A stretch of DNA of 64,000 bases, from contig NC_134029.1 of NCBI RefSeq assembly GCF_964204645.1, forward strand, positions 12,054,850 through 12,118,849. The letters run 5' to 3'. The notes beneath the pieces are model-generated. The model searched no databases, was not told the origin of the DNA, and worked only from the letters and a program-made list of their open reading frames with translations. A program made the position numbers and the translations under genes. Shown here in pieces: positions 36,570 through 48,118 of this stretch (within the stretch, counting starts at the first letter, position 1; the number at the start of each line of letters is the position of its first letter). Source of the stretch: Tubulanus polymorphus. Lineage: Eukaryota > Animalia > Nemertea.

Positions 36570-37311
36570 TGTAACGATCCTCCCTTTCGCAATCTCTAAT
36601 GGGGCCTACCTCCTTTAAGGATGATCTACACTTCGACGATAGGCTATAAAGGGGCAATTTATTCCGAACAAAAGAACAATGAACTTACTCGGACAATGTA
36701 TTCACTTCTAAGAGACTGCACTTGGCGGTTATTTATTACACTATACATTGCACTAATTACCGACAGTTAACTATATACATAATAACAGGTATGAGACCCA
36801 TTGCACCACTCCCCCACACATGTCCAGTATTTACAGTTCATCTATCATGTCGATATTAAGTGTCCGTTACAAAAGTGTCATAAACTACGGGTTACAACAG
36901 CACACAGATTCGCACACATTCGGTAGTTCGCAATTGGCAATAAATCCAATCACCTAACGCGACCCAACTGATACACCATCACTACGCTCATGTTCCACTG
37001 GGGGGTAGATTAGAGGCAATTAAACCATTTGAAGGTACTCGCCTAATAATCAATACATTTGCCTTGGTCGGTGAACATCAGGTTCCTTCGTGCTGAAATC
37101 ACGAAAAGGTTCATCAGGTCGGTTGGACTTCCTGCAGATGGTTCCAATATGAGTCTGATTCCGTATCAACAAGGTAAGCTAAAAATAATAATTAATAACA
37201 ACGGTAGTACCCAAATTCGAGGTAAAACATGTCAGCTGGATAACCAGTTATGGGTAATGAAAAGAGAGTATGGTCATTTAACCGCTGTATGGTGCCCACC
37301 CTTCTACCACA
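36570..37311 (-). mobile_element. Possible LTR (Gypsy-like, 3' LTR)
   Basis: TG...CA termini (minus strand TGTGGTAG...GTTACA), preceded by purine-rich GGGGATATTA. No second copy lies in the window. Confidence 0.3.
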
Positions 37312-37681
37312 TAATATCCCCAAGTGATCCTTAAAGATCAATTGCAGCCTAAATCATTACACACAATTTTAGTTTTGATAGATTGTTTCATCAATACTTA
37401 TGCTATCTTTGAAATAATTTGCACCAAAAAAATTGGTAAAGCATTTTTAAACTCAATTGAAAGTTGTCACTTTCTCTGTGCGCACCGCGCTATATACTAT
37501 GAGAGTAGTTCATACTCAACGTTGGTAGATTGCGCTCGCACTGACATCATTGGGAGGGCTGCCTCTGGTAGATGGGAATGAACCGGAGGGCTGCCTCTGG
37601 TGGATGGGAATAAACCGTATAAACCGTCACCGCATAGTTTACTTCCGCGTTTAAAAATTCTTCCTTCTTGGTTAAAAACTG

Positions 37682-39374
37682 TTACGTTATTAGATAAGCT
37701 TTCATTTCGAAGCGCCGAATCTGGTTATGCCGAATCTGACGACCAGGTTGATGAGGTGCACGTTGGTAGTCAGCAATAAGTTCATGGCATAACTTCAAAC
37801 GAAACTGTCTACTGGTCAATGCATCAGCAGCATTGGACACCTTGTGCATTATGTATGCATTTGTTACTGCTGTGATAAGCAAGTGGCAAAAAACCTTTTT
37901 CCACCATTTCACTGAACGATGTAGTATGCTGAAATAGGAGTTGTATTGATCATTCAAATCAACTCCACCCATATACGTGTTGTAGTCCTCAATTGCATTT
38001 GGTTTTTCGATTTGTCTGTAACCATCCTCTCCTTCACGTGAACGAATACGCTTCACAGTAACACCTGCATTGCTAACAGTAGACAATACACAAACTGGGC
38101 GTTTGTCATACCAACCAATTGCTAACATGTCTGACGCGTTATGCCATAACATCAAAGGCGACATGTCCTGCAATTGTCGTTTGTTGGTGCGGGCCGTGAA
38201 TTGCTTCAGTTTTAGTGGATTTCCTGCACGATTCGCCCTAACTGTGCCACAGGCACCAATGTTTCGATCTTTTAGGTCCACAAATAATTTCACACTAGTG
38301 AAGAAATTGTCACATGTTATGACCTGGCCAGCCCGAACATTCTGCGATGCGTCCATAACAACTCGATACCCAAGGTCAACTTGACCACCGTCCGCTCCTT
38401 TGTACAGCGTCCAATTGTGGGCGTAACCAGTTTTCGACCCAGCCAGTATCCATGCTTTCATGCCCCACTTGACGGGCTTACTCTTGATGTATTGCAACAT
38501 AAAAGTTCGACCCTTGAAGGCTATCATGCCTTCATCCACGGACAGAAACTTTTCCATATGGAAGGCGTCATTCCATGCGCGAAATAGCTGTTCAATCAAA
38601 GACTTGACCTTGAATGTCCTGTCATAACCAGGCTGCCCTCTTTGAATTTGTGTTTTGTTATTCACAGGGTGCAAGAATCGTAATAGCATCAAAAACCGAT
38701 TGCGGCTCATTACGGCTCGGAATCCTGGTTTATCAGTCAGAGGATCAGTAGACCAATGTGCACGAAAAGATCCCCGATCTTCATATCCCGTCAGTAACAA
38801 CAATGCCAGGAATGCTTTCATTTCGTCACTAGTGACATTATACCAGGTTTCTAGAACACTATCAGTAGTATTTCCACTGTTTTGATATTGTTGAAAATAA
38901 CGATTTGTTTCAGTCACTGGCATGTCTATGATAGTGTCCGGAAAAGCTTTTGTGAAAAAGTCAATTGGCGTGTAGTCCGTTGTATCGAACTTGGGCTCAC
39001 CTGGATTCGGACAGTTGTACTGCGGCAACCAGTTAGGAGGGGGGTGGTTTCTATCTTCAGCCCAATCAGGATCCTGATCAATGTTGGCACCTTGTGCACG
39101 TCCACCAGGTCCACCACGACCACACACTGGGGCATGACCTCTCCTCAGCAGACTGATTATCATCACTATCAGGAGTACTATCGTCACTTACAGGACTATT
39201 TTTACCATTATTGTCACTTACTTCCGCATCTAAATCACTTCCGGGTTCACTTTCGGTTTCATTTCCGGGTTCAAAATCGCTTTCTGAACCACTTTCAGCG
39301 TTTGAGTCACTGTCATTAGAGTCACTGTCAGCAAATATCTCTCTTATTTCATGATCACTAAACCTGCGTGACAT
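37682..39374 (-). pseudogene. piggyBac (PGBD4-like) transposase with one N-terminal frameshift and no C-terminal cysteine-rich domain
   Basis: Acidic N-terminus (39078-39374 frame) followed by a 501-aa frame with SVDEGMI, TCDNFFTS, MGGVDLNDQ and KWWKKVF motifs. Confidence 0.9.
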
Positions 39375-39668
39375 TTTATGAACGTTCCTTTCACCAAAAA
39401 CCGTGCCGGAAATGTCACATTTACTTCAAATTTATCGATAAAATTCCAAAAACTGTAATTCGCTTCAACTTCAATTTTCTCAAAATTCTTGAGTAGGACG
39501 CATTGAACCTTTACTTGCATACACAGGCGGTATCAGCTAAAATCCGGCGCAGGTTACGCTGAAACGTCGGGGTAAAGTAGGCATGCCTGGTGCTCGCAAT
39601 TTTGCGAGAGTGGGACCGACGGAACTGCTCCCGGTGCTCGCAAAATTGCGAGAGTGGGTCTCAAAGGG
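37682..39668 (-). mobile_element. piggyBac transposon, 5' end intact, 3' end truncated
   Basis: TTAA|CCCTTTGAG terminus at 39668; two subterminal palindromic repeats GGTGCTCGCAAWWTTGCGAGAGTGGG; transposase ORF. Confidence 0.92.
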
Positions 39669-39672
39669 TTAA

Positions 39673-40094
39673 GGACATTAGTTATTCTATATTGTCACCA
39701 GGCGGTGTTGAATAGTAGAATAACTTAGTATTTCCTCATTAAATTGGTACCTAGGCGTATTTTGTTACCATGCCCAATTGCAAAGTTGTAGTTTATGACA
39801 TGTTCTATGATTGTGGTGAGTTTCAAGGTCATTGGGTTTTGCATATGGTCACCAGGGGGGCATTGAATAGTAGAATTACTTAGTATTTATATCTCAAATT
39901 GGTAATGAGGCATATTTTGTTATCACACTAAATTACAAAATCGTAGCTGCTGACATGTTCTTTGATTGTAGTGAGTTTCAAGGTCATTGGTTTTTGTATA
40001 TAGTCACCAGGGGGCATTGAATATTGAAATTGCTAGATTGTTGAGCATTGGAAACCACTTCACAAGTGGGCATGGTGTCCCTGGACCACTAGTT
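39673..40094 (+). mobile_element. HINE family A 3' portion
   Basis: ~155-bp units with GGTCACCAGGGGGC and the terminal CAAGTGGGCATGGTGTCCCTGGACC(A)CTAGTT. Confidence 0.85.
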
Positions 40095-40479
40095 TCATGT
40101 AGTGTGATCTTTGGGGCAGCTAGAATGGGCTTGTCTTTTCATGTAAGGATATATTAACAGCAAATGAACATTATCGCCACATAGCCTATACCATCTTAAC
40201 TATTCTAAAACTTGTTACATCGTTACAATGTAAATCTTTCTGTAAAACTTTGAATACTGAATGATTCTTCTTCTACTGCGTCATGAAGATATAACTTGTT
40301 ATAGTTATGCGTTCTAAGAGATTTACCATGAAGGTGCTCTCTCTCCAACAATGATCTCCCTTTCTCTAGCCATTTTGCCTTGTTGTCCATTATTCTAGAC
40401 CAGCGCTGCTGACAGCAGGTGCATGCTTTCGATGAACCGACACATGACCTGGCGAACTCGCGGTATTTTACTGGTGGTC

Positions 40480-42190
40480 TAATTAATTCCAAGGCCGAAG
40501 CTGTCTGCTATTGTCCTGGAAAACCTCAGCAGGCAACGCTGAAGCTTCCACTGGGTCAATATCCGCTCCTTGCGGAGCGGGCTCATTGTCAGTCCCCTCC
40601 CGATCAGGGGTTAATTCCTCCTCGGACCCCGAGCTGTCCAAATTCATTTCTGGATTTTGGTGCCGTACCCACACAAATGCCTCATCCTTAGGGCTCGTCG
40701 TATGGACTGGCGGTTGGTGGGTTCTAGGGCATCCCCGTATTTTCATCCCCGACTTGTTTGGGGAAACCTCAACTATGGGTCCATGACAGAGCTTCAGATC
40801 ATTGAAATGCACTGTCCGAACCTTCGTCCCTAAACCCCCCTCCAACTGAACCCGGTAAGTGACCTCAAGAGTTTTTCTCAATTATGTAAGGACCCATCCA
40901 GCGCTTATGGAACTTGGCAGCCTCATCAGTCTTGAGGGCATGGCTATACCTCCATACTTGGTCACCCGCGTTGTACCCGGCACGCTGAGCAAATCTATCC
41001 TAATTTGCTGCCTGAAGTTGTTGGGCTTTTCCAAGGCAGTAACGGACTCTCTGATTGACTTCAGTCAGGTTTCTCCACATGTCCTGGCTAGACAGGTTCC
41101 TCAGGAGGGCTAACTAAAACAAGTGGTCCAGTGGTAGGGTCATCTCACTGCTGAATGTCATAAAAAAACGCGTTTCACCAGTCGATGGACACTTGAACGA
41201 AAAGCCATCAAACAAGACTGAAATTTCTCATCTTAGTCATTCCCCATGTCAATCAGTCATCATTGATTTTATAGATTTGTTAAAATTCTAGACCTGGCCG
41301 TTTCCCATGGGGTGATAGGCGGTCGTTCTGGTCTTTTCAATTTCAACCAGGCCCAACATCTCACTGCACTGTCGAGATTCAAAATTGGATCCACGGTCCG
41401 AATGAATACTTTCGGGACATCCGTAGTGTGTGATCCACCCATTCACGACCTTCCTGCCAACTGTTGATGCTTTCTGGTTTCTAGCTGGCCAGGCCTCGAC
41501 AAATTGCTTGTTATGGGGCGGCAGACGTCATTGGTGCTGCCTATTCAGCTTCTGCTCCCCAGTATTGATTTCAAACTCTGAGGGGTGTCCTCCCAATATC
41601 AAAATCTCCCGAGAAAATACACCCTGATGCTGCGCTAAGACCCTCTACAAATCATCCTGATCACCAAGAATTGGTCACGCGCCAACTCATCTTGCAAACT
41701 GTGATCAACCCCTGGGTATGCGCTCTGCCAATGCATCCGCATAGTGCCTGATGTTTTCTTGGGGTTTCTGCTCCTGAGATTTCAACATTATTTTGAAATT
41801 GGAAGCTGATAGTGTCAATGACATATGGTCCTTTATCACCTCAAAGAAACTAGCAGGGATTGGGCGAGACGGAGGTTTTTAACCGCCTGGTATGACTCGT
41901 GGTCCAGGTACGTCAGTAAATGTTGTTTCTCAAGCTCACTACTGTATACACTGGACAATGTGCAGTAGCTCTCAGAACGCTCTAACCAGGCGGGAAAATT
42001 ATGCCCCATAACTGTACATTTTGTTGCATGGGACTTTTACCCAGCATCCTCCCTGGTCCCTGATGGCGATTCGGATTCCCATTTTTATGCTACGTGAGAC
42101 ATATTGGGTAATTGAGCTTAAAAAGTCATCCAAACCTGCAGTTGGATGGACTCCTTCCTGGGCCGCATCCGGGTCAGAATGAGACATTCC
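40480..42190 (-). mobile_element. Degenerate Gypsy LTR-retrotransposon internal region (gag-like region plus integrase)
   Basis: Integrase NGWITHYGCPESIHSDRGSNFES...KTRTTAYHPMGNGQ (~41295-41480); C-terminal YRVQL...VHFNDLK (~40790-40880); gag-like FPAWLER... (~41900-42000). Confidence 0.8.
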
Positions 42191-43094
42191 TAGTGTGAAT
42201 ATATTGTATAAACCGAATAAAAAAAACTAATTTCAAAAATAAAATTTCAAAAGTTATTCTATGAACCTATGTGCATGTCTTTCAGCTTCGTTAATGGTTT
42301 TGTAATCCGTAAACGCATTATAACTTCGGCCAGTTATCTCCAGTCGGTCTACAAATCTTCACACTTAATGACAATTTGTGACCATAAGTGGATTTGAGCT
42401 TGTTCGTACAATGTAAACCATGTTCTGCAAATACTAGTGGAGAGAACACGAATTGTGTTTGATTTTAATAACAAAGTCACTGCTCAGTTTATTCGGCTGC
42501 ACAAACTTTCACTAGGTTCGTTCTCCATCATTGTTTTTTAGTATGGTTTTAGAAGTCCAAAAATCTAGTATCAACAGCGGCCCAGGACCAGAATAGATTT
42601 GATTTTTAATAATAATCATAATAGTGCTTTATCGACGATTTACAACTTACACATGCACGTATTGAAATATTTCAATAAAACATTTTGTGTCTTTTATCCA
42701 ATCAACAGTGATATATTCTTATTTCTCTTATTTTGTTCAGCAAGTCAACTAATTAAATTAAAATTTTAAAATTAAGATTGAGTTCTTAATTGCGCAAATC
42801 AAGATCTTTAATGATGTGATCTATCAAAATGCTTCATGAATGCATGTTGAAATCAATTAACATTTATTGAGTACACGTGGTTTAGTTCAGTTTCAGCTGG
42901 ATCACATCAAAAACATGGTATAAGTACATATACTGATAAGTGCCATGCCAACGGGTAAGATTATAGAACGATAACCACACTCAAACGTGGGGAACGGATT
43001 ATAAGATAAAAACCCACTATCTACAAATTAAAAGAATTTTAAAATCAAGAAACTTATTAATTCGATTATTATTATCTAAAATATATAAAATACA

Positions 43095-43162
43095 TGACGT
43101 TTCAATCTCACCCTAGAGATCTGACACATGATGATGATCTCTAGGGTGAGTTTGAAACGTCA
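43095..43162. repeat. Inverted repeat resembling tail-to-tail Penelope pseudo-LTR ends with a degenerate hammerhead-like core
   Basis: TGACGTTTCAATCTCACCCTAGAGATC ... GATCTCTAGGGTGAGTTTGAAACGTCA. Confidence 0.55.
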
Positions 43163-43369
43163 GATACAATTAGTTCATGTTACTCCCAACGGAACTATGA
43201 AACCACCAAACAAGGTACACCAGCACTTTTTACGTGGTAGCCCTGTGGATCCACATATCCAGGATATGTGTCGCGCTCCTTCAAAATAGTCGCATGTTGT
43301 AAACTGATAAGAATTATTTGATGAAATCTTTGTGCGCTTCCCAGTGTGACATTTAAACCAGCAAGGCAG

Positions 43370-43985
43370 AAACCCATTGTCGCTGCTTTGCTGCTATATT
43401 TGGACATTATGCTCCCAAGGTAGCAGAACCTTTCAACAGCATTGAGGGTGTGACCATCAATGGGTGTTACAGGAGGAATATGCATCTGACCAGGTGCTGG
43501 TTTAAACATGGCTTCGTCTTGCTTAGACTTACAGTCAGACCAAATGCTTTGGTTGCGGCAGCAAATATGAATTTGTCTGTTATCAGCTGCATGTCATGGG
43601 GGCTGAATGCAGAAAGAGTGCAGTCATCAGCAAACAGTAGATCCTTGATCAGCAAATCAAAGGTCCTGCGTTAGGTTGCGAAACATCGGTGGTTGAAGAC
43701 CTTACCATCTGGCTTGACTTGAAGGTATACGCCCTGGCCAACTACTTTGAAAGCATGGTGAAGAGTTTACCATTCCGAACGGTGTGGGAGTGAAAACACA
43801 ACCTTGTTTGGTGCCATTACTTATCAGGAAACCACTGTCTGAAAAAACATGCCACTCCATGCCTTCGTGAAAAGCTTTGATAATGGTGACAATCATTATA
43901 GGGCAACCAATTTTCTGAAGTAGTACCCATAGAACATCTCTGCTAACAGTGTCACATGATTTGGTAAGATTAACAAATACCATAT
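43370..43985 (-). mobile_element. RTE-clade LINE RT fragment
   Basis: FVNLTKSCDTVSR..LW, GTKQGCVF, LLFADDC, FGLTVSLSKT, VERFCYLGS motifs. Confidence 0.85.
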
Positions 43986-44029
43986 AAAGATTTCAATTTT
44001 AATGGGTTCTTACATTAGTTGAACTCTTC

Positions 44030-44790
44030 ATATCTTACTTTGAATTTCACTTTTGAGTGGGAAGAAAATAACTGCATCCCGTTTCTCGATGTACTCATTC
44101 ATAATTCTGAAATATAGAAAACCGACTTATGCTGAAGCTTATCTTCATTTTTTCTCATTTACTCCTCTGAACATCAAAATTGGAATAGCCCAAGGATTAT
44201 TTCTTTGAGCTCTACATATTTGTGATCAAATGTTTTTAGATAAAGAAATCAAACATATAAGATCTGCTCTCAAGAAAATAGCCTATCCAGACAAAATTTT
44301 GAACAAAGCTTATTTCAAAGCCCGAATTTCTCACTTTGGACATAATGACCTGACGACACAACCCAGAGCTCAAAAGAATATTATAATCCCGTATTTACCT
44401 ACTTTTGAACGCTTTAAATCCACATTAAGCACCATTGACACTAGATTAGTCTTTCAATATAACCTCACCAACGTTTTAACCAAAAACAAACCCAACAGTG
44501 AGCTAGTTCAGTCTGGGGTCTATTATAAGATACCATTTAATATGATGTACATTGGTGAAACGGGGCGTAATGTTAATCAGCGTGTTAAAGAACACAAGAA
44601 CACAGAATAGATATACACAACCAAATGCCAAAGAATGGGATAGCAAATCATGTCTTTACAACCAATCACCAATTTGACATTCAGAATTCGAATCTCATTT
44701 ATCCTTGTAAAGACATACGCAAGCAACTCATAGTAGAATCAGCCCTAATATGTAAACTTTCAAAATCCAATTTATCGTTGTACGGCTCTG
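44030..44790 (+). mobile_element. Penelope-like element: RT C-terminus plus GIY-YIG endonuclease (degenerate)
   Basis: FTFEWEENNCIPFLDV, YRKPT, GVYYKIP...YIGETGR...RVKEH, IANHV...NHQFD, IVESALI motifs. Confidence 0.88.
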
Positions 44791-45012
44791 ATAGATCATA
44801 TAACGACATAACATAACAACCTCACGAAAAATGAATACTATATTATAGTATATAATGCCCTTGTGGCAAAAACTAGTGACGCATTTCACTACTCCAAATC
44901 ACGTACTCAAGGTTTTCCCATGGATTTTTTTGGTGAATATTGTGTACATATACACTGAGTAACCATAGTTCCTTATGTATAGGGGGGCCTTAATAGTTTG
45001 CTTATTTTGTAG

Positions 45013-45156
45013 GGGTTATGGAGAAACTAGGCTTAGGGCCTAAAATCTTAATGGATGCTAATCCTCGTTTGATTTACGCAAGACTAACTGGATACGGAAC
45101 AGATGGACCTTTCGCTCACAAAGCAGGACACGATATAAATTATTTGGCAGTTTCTG
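45013..45156 (+). CDS. AMACR: Alpha-methylacyl-CoA racemase, next coding exon (144 bp)
   Basis: TTTGTAG acceptor and GTAAGT donor; phase-1 join with the previous exon; encodes [48 protein letters not shown](G), including the GHDINY catalytic His motif. Confidence 0.93.
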
Positions 45157-46138
45157 GTAAGTTTGAAGACCTTTCTTCTAATGAAGGATACCTACCTCCA
45201 TAAAGAATCATAAAGATAAGTGATGTTATGGTCAATCTTTCATAAGTCGGATCTTTTGGGGCCAAGAAAGATGATTTTCAGCCTTTCCCGGGAAACTACA
45301 ACTTCAGAATTAATTTCTGTAAATGGACATTTAGAAGTGATTTAAAAAATCAATTTCAAACTATGAACAGGGAAGAAATCAAACCGCCATGGGAAGAAGA
45401 TTGCCTTCCAAATTTTGTTGAGGGACTTTTACTGATTTTCTATTTTGGTCCCTAGAGAGGTACTACGAGATAGGCAAGTTTCCTACTTGTAATATCTTTT
45501 ATGACTCATGATATCCGACTTAAATTTGAATGCCTTTGAACAAGAAGATTAATTTTGATGAATTATTTGATGCATGCAAAAAAGATGTAGAATTTTTGGG
45601 ATAGGCTAATGTAGGATTGCAAATTTGAAATCAAAGTTTTAAGAAATTTGGGGAATTATGAGATTTGGCAATTGGGTGGTGATACAGGTCTTCGATTGTA
45701 AATAGTGGTTTAATTTTTTTATTGAAACTTGTCAATAATGGGTTGTCTACATTTGAATATGTATTATGAATTATAAATCGGGATATTTTCATTCAGTTTT
45801 CATATAATAAAGCAAATTGTAAATGTATCAGTCTGGCCGGTGTTTAAGTGAACGTAAAATCATTTTATATAGTAAGGCGTCGCAATCGCCTGATAATGAT
45901 CCTTATTGACTATTTGCATATCAGAACTTAATAGCGGATAAATAAAAAATATCAACACAAGGTATTTCTGTGATATTTTGAATTTATTTGCAGTTCAAAT
46001 TTAGCGCCATTCAATGTTTACAAATCTATATATTGACCACTTGTAGCTGCTGACAAAATTTACACCGGCTCGACACAGATCGTAGATAGCTAAATAAAAG
46101 TTTATTAATTTGAATTTGTTTTGATTTAGGTTTATTAG

Positions 46139-47289
46139 ATTTTAGCCCACTTGGGACTTTAGTCCCAGCGGGCTATTGCGTTCACTTTTCGTCCGTCGTC
46201 CGTCCGTCCGTCCGTTGTAGCGTTCATCCGTCCGTAGACGGAATCCAGTTATTTTGGGAAGTTTTGAAGACGCTTCAAGGTAATGTCTTGATATTTGGGT
46301 TACACATTTATCTACCCTAGATACATCTTCAGCCCAAAAACTGGCCCTGTCAGAATCAAGATGGCCGACTGGCAGCCATTGTTGATCGCTAAAATCAGCA
46401 CTTTTTACACATTTTTGAACTTATTGAGGGAAATTTTGTAGACGCTTTAATCAATTACCTTGATCTTTCGTATATACTTGAATCCCCCCAGGGCCTATCA
46501 GCATAACAAAAATTGGGTCGATCGGACTCAAGATGGCCGTCCTATGACCTTTTTAGTGCCCAAAAATGTCAATTTTGGCCCGAATTCTGAGTCCTGTAGC
46601 TTCATACTGGTCTGCCATTTCTCATTGTAATTGCTGATGGGTATTCTTTGGAAAGGGATGTTTTATACCTGGGATAGGTATTTTTGATCGGCCAATTATG
46701 ACGCAATTGGCGGCCATCTTGGTGTCATCAGTACTCATTCGTAGGTGGGAAAAAGTTTTTCGACATTATATTGATATCTAAGCATATTTTGTTACAACAA
46801 TTAATAAGAAAGATGTAGCTTATAACATGTTCTATGATTGTGGTGAGTTTCGAGGTCATTGGTTTTTGTATATTGCCACCAGGGGGCGTTGAATAATACA
46901 ATATCTTAGCATCTTATCAATATCTTATTTCTATATTATATTTGTACCAATGCATATTTTGTTAGCACAATCAATTGCAAAGTTGTGGCTCATGACATCG
47001 TCTATGATTGTGGTGAGTTTCAAGGACATTGGGTTTTGAATATGGTCACCAGGGGGCGTTGAATAGTAGAATAACTTAGTATTTCCATGTTAAATTGGTA
47101 ACGAGGCATATTTTGTTATCACAATAAATTACAAAATCGTAGCTGCTGACATGTTCTATGATTGTGGTTAGTTTCAAAGTCATTGGTTTTGTATATGGTC
47201 ACCAGGGGGCGTTGAATATTGAGATTGTTAGATTGTTTAGCATTTGAAGCCACTTCCCAAGTGGGCATGGTGTCCCTGGACCCCTAGTT
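46139..47289 (+). mobile_element. Complete HINE/DINE-1-like (Helentron non-autonomous) element, family A
   Basis: 5' hairpin TAGCCCACTTGGGACT-TT-AGTCCCAGCGGGCTA; (CGTC)n microsatellite; internal ~155-bp tandem units; 3' subTIR CCCAAGTGGGC (inverted copy of GCCCACTTGGG) plus short hairpin and CTAGTT; T-rich flanks. Confidence 0.85.
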
Positions 47290-48118
47290 GAAATAATATT
47301 CTGTTTAGGAATTGTTTCTGTTTCTAAATTAGTATTGATTATTGACTTTGTCGACTATGTCGATGAAGTCTTCATAATGGTCTGGAGATCTTTCCGGAAA
47401 TAACTTTCTCACAAAATGCTGTGCATGTAAAACTTGTCTTTTGTATCGTACACTTTCGTTATGCGATTAGTGCCATTTAAAACGTTACCAAACAAAGATG
47501 GTGAAACTGAAACGTTCCAGTTACGCAGTAATTAGCAGTCAAAGTTCGGTATTTTTTCGCGAAATATATGTTCCATCTGGAAAATGAATACCTTCATTCT
47601 GCGGAGGTCACGTGGACTCTTTCAGCTAATCACTGTTTCAACGGGAAAGGCTGCGGCCTGCGTGATGTCACTGTGAGAAAGCTCTGATTGGTTGTTGAGG
47701 GAATACCAGGGAATTCCCCGGCAGCTGTTCCCCAAACAACCAGTTTAGCTGAACAAGAAATTGCACAAGGGATATATGCCATTTTGACCACTTGGGTAAG
47801 TGAAGTTCATGTTTTTTGCTGAATATGATAGAATTATCTTCTGTAGGAATCCAGTTAAGTATGGCAATGCTGGGTCCAATGTTGATGGAATTCTGGCTTT
47901 GATTTATTCTGTCAATGTCTTAAGCACGCAAAATTCTTATGCCTAGTAAATTAAACAACAAAGTGGCTATTTTTACGTCGCCCATAAGAGTTAACCTCCA
48001 GCTATATTTACGTCCGTTCCCACGTCCGCATGCACCAGATATCCCTACGCATGCGCCAGCTCGAGAGCGGCCATTTTGTAATGCGCTTTCAAGAAGACAA
48101 GTATGTACAGATGATATA

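Noticed and set aside
38070-39319. Plus-strand ORFs opposite the piggyBac transposase (and similar ORFs opposite BEL pol)
   Set aside because: Antisense shadow ORFs with no recognisable domains.
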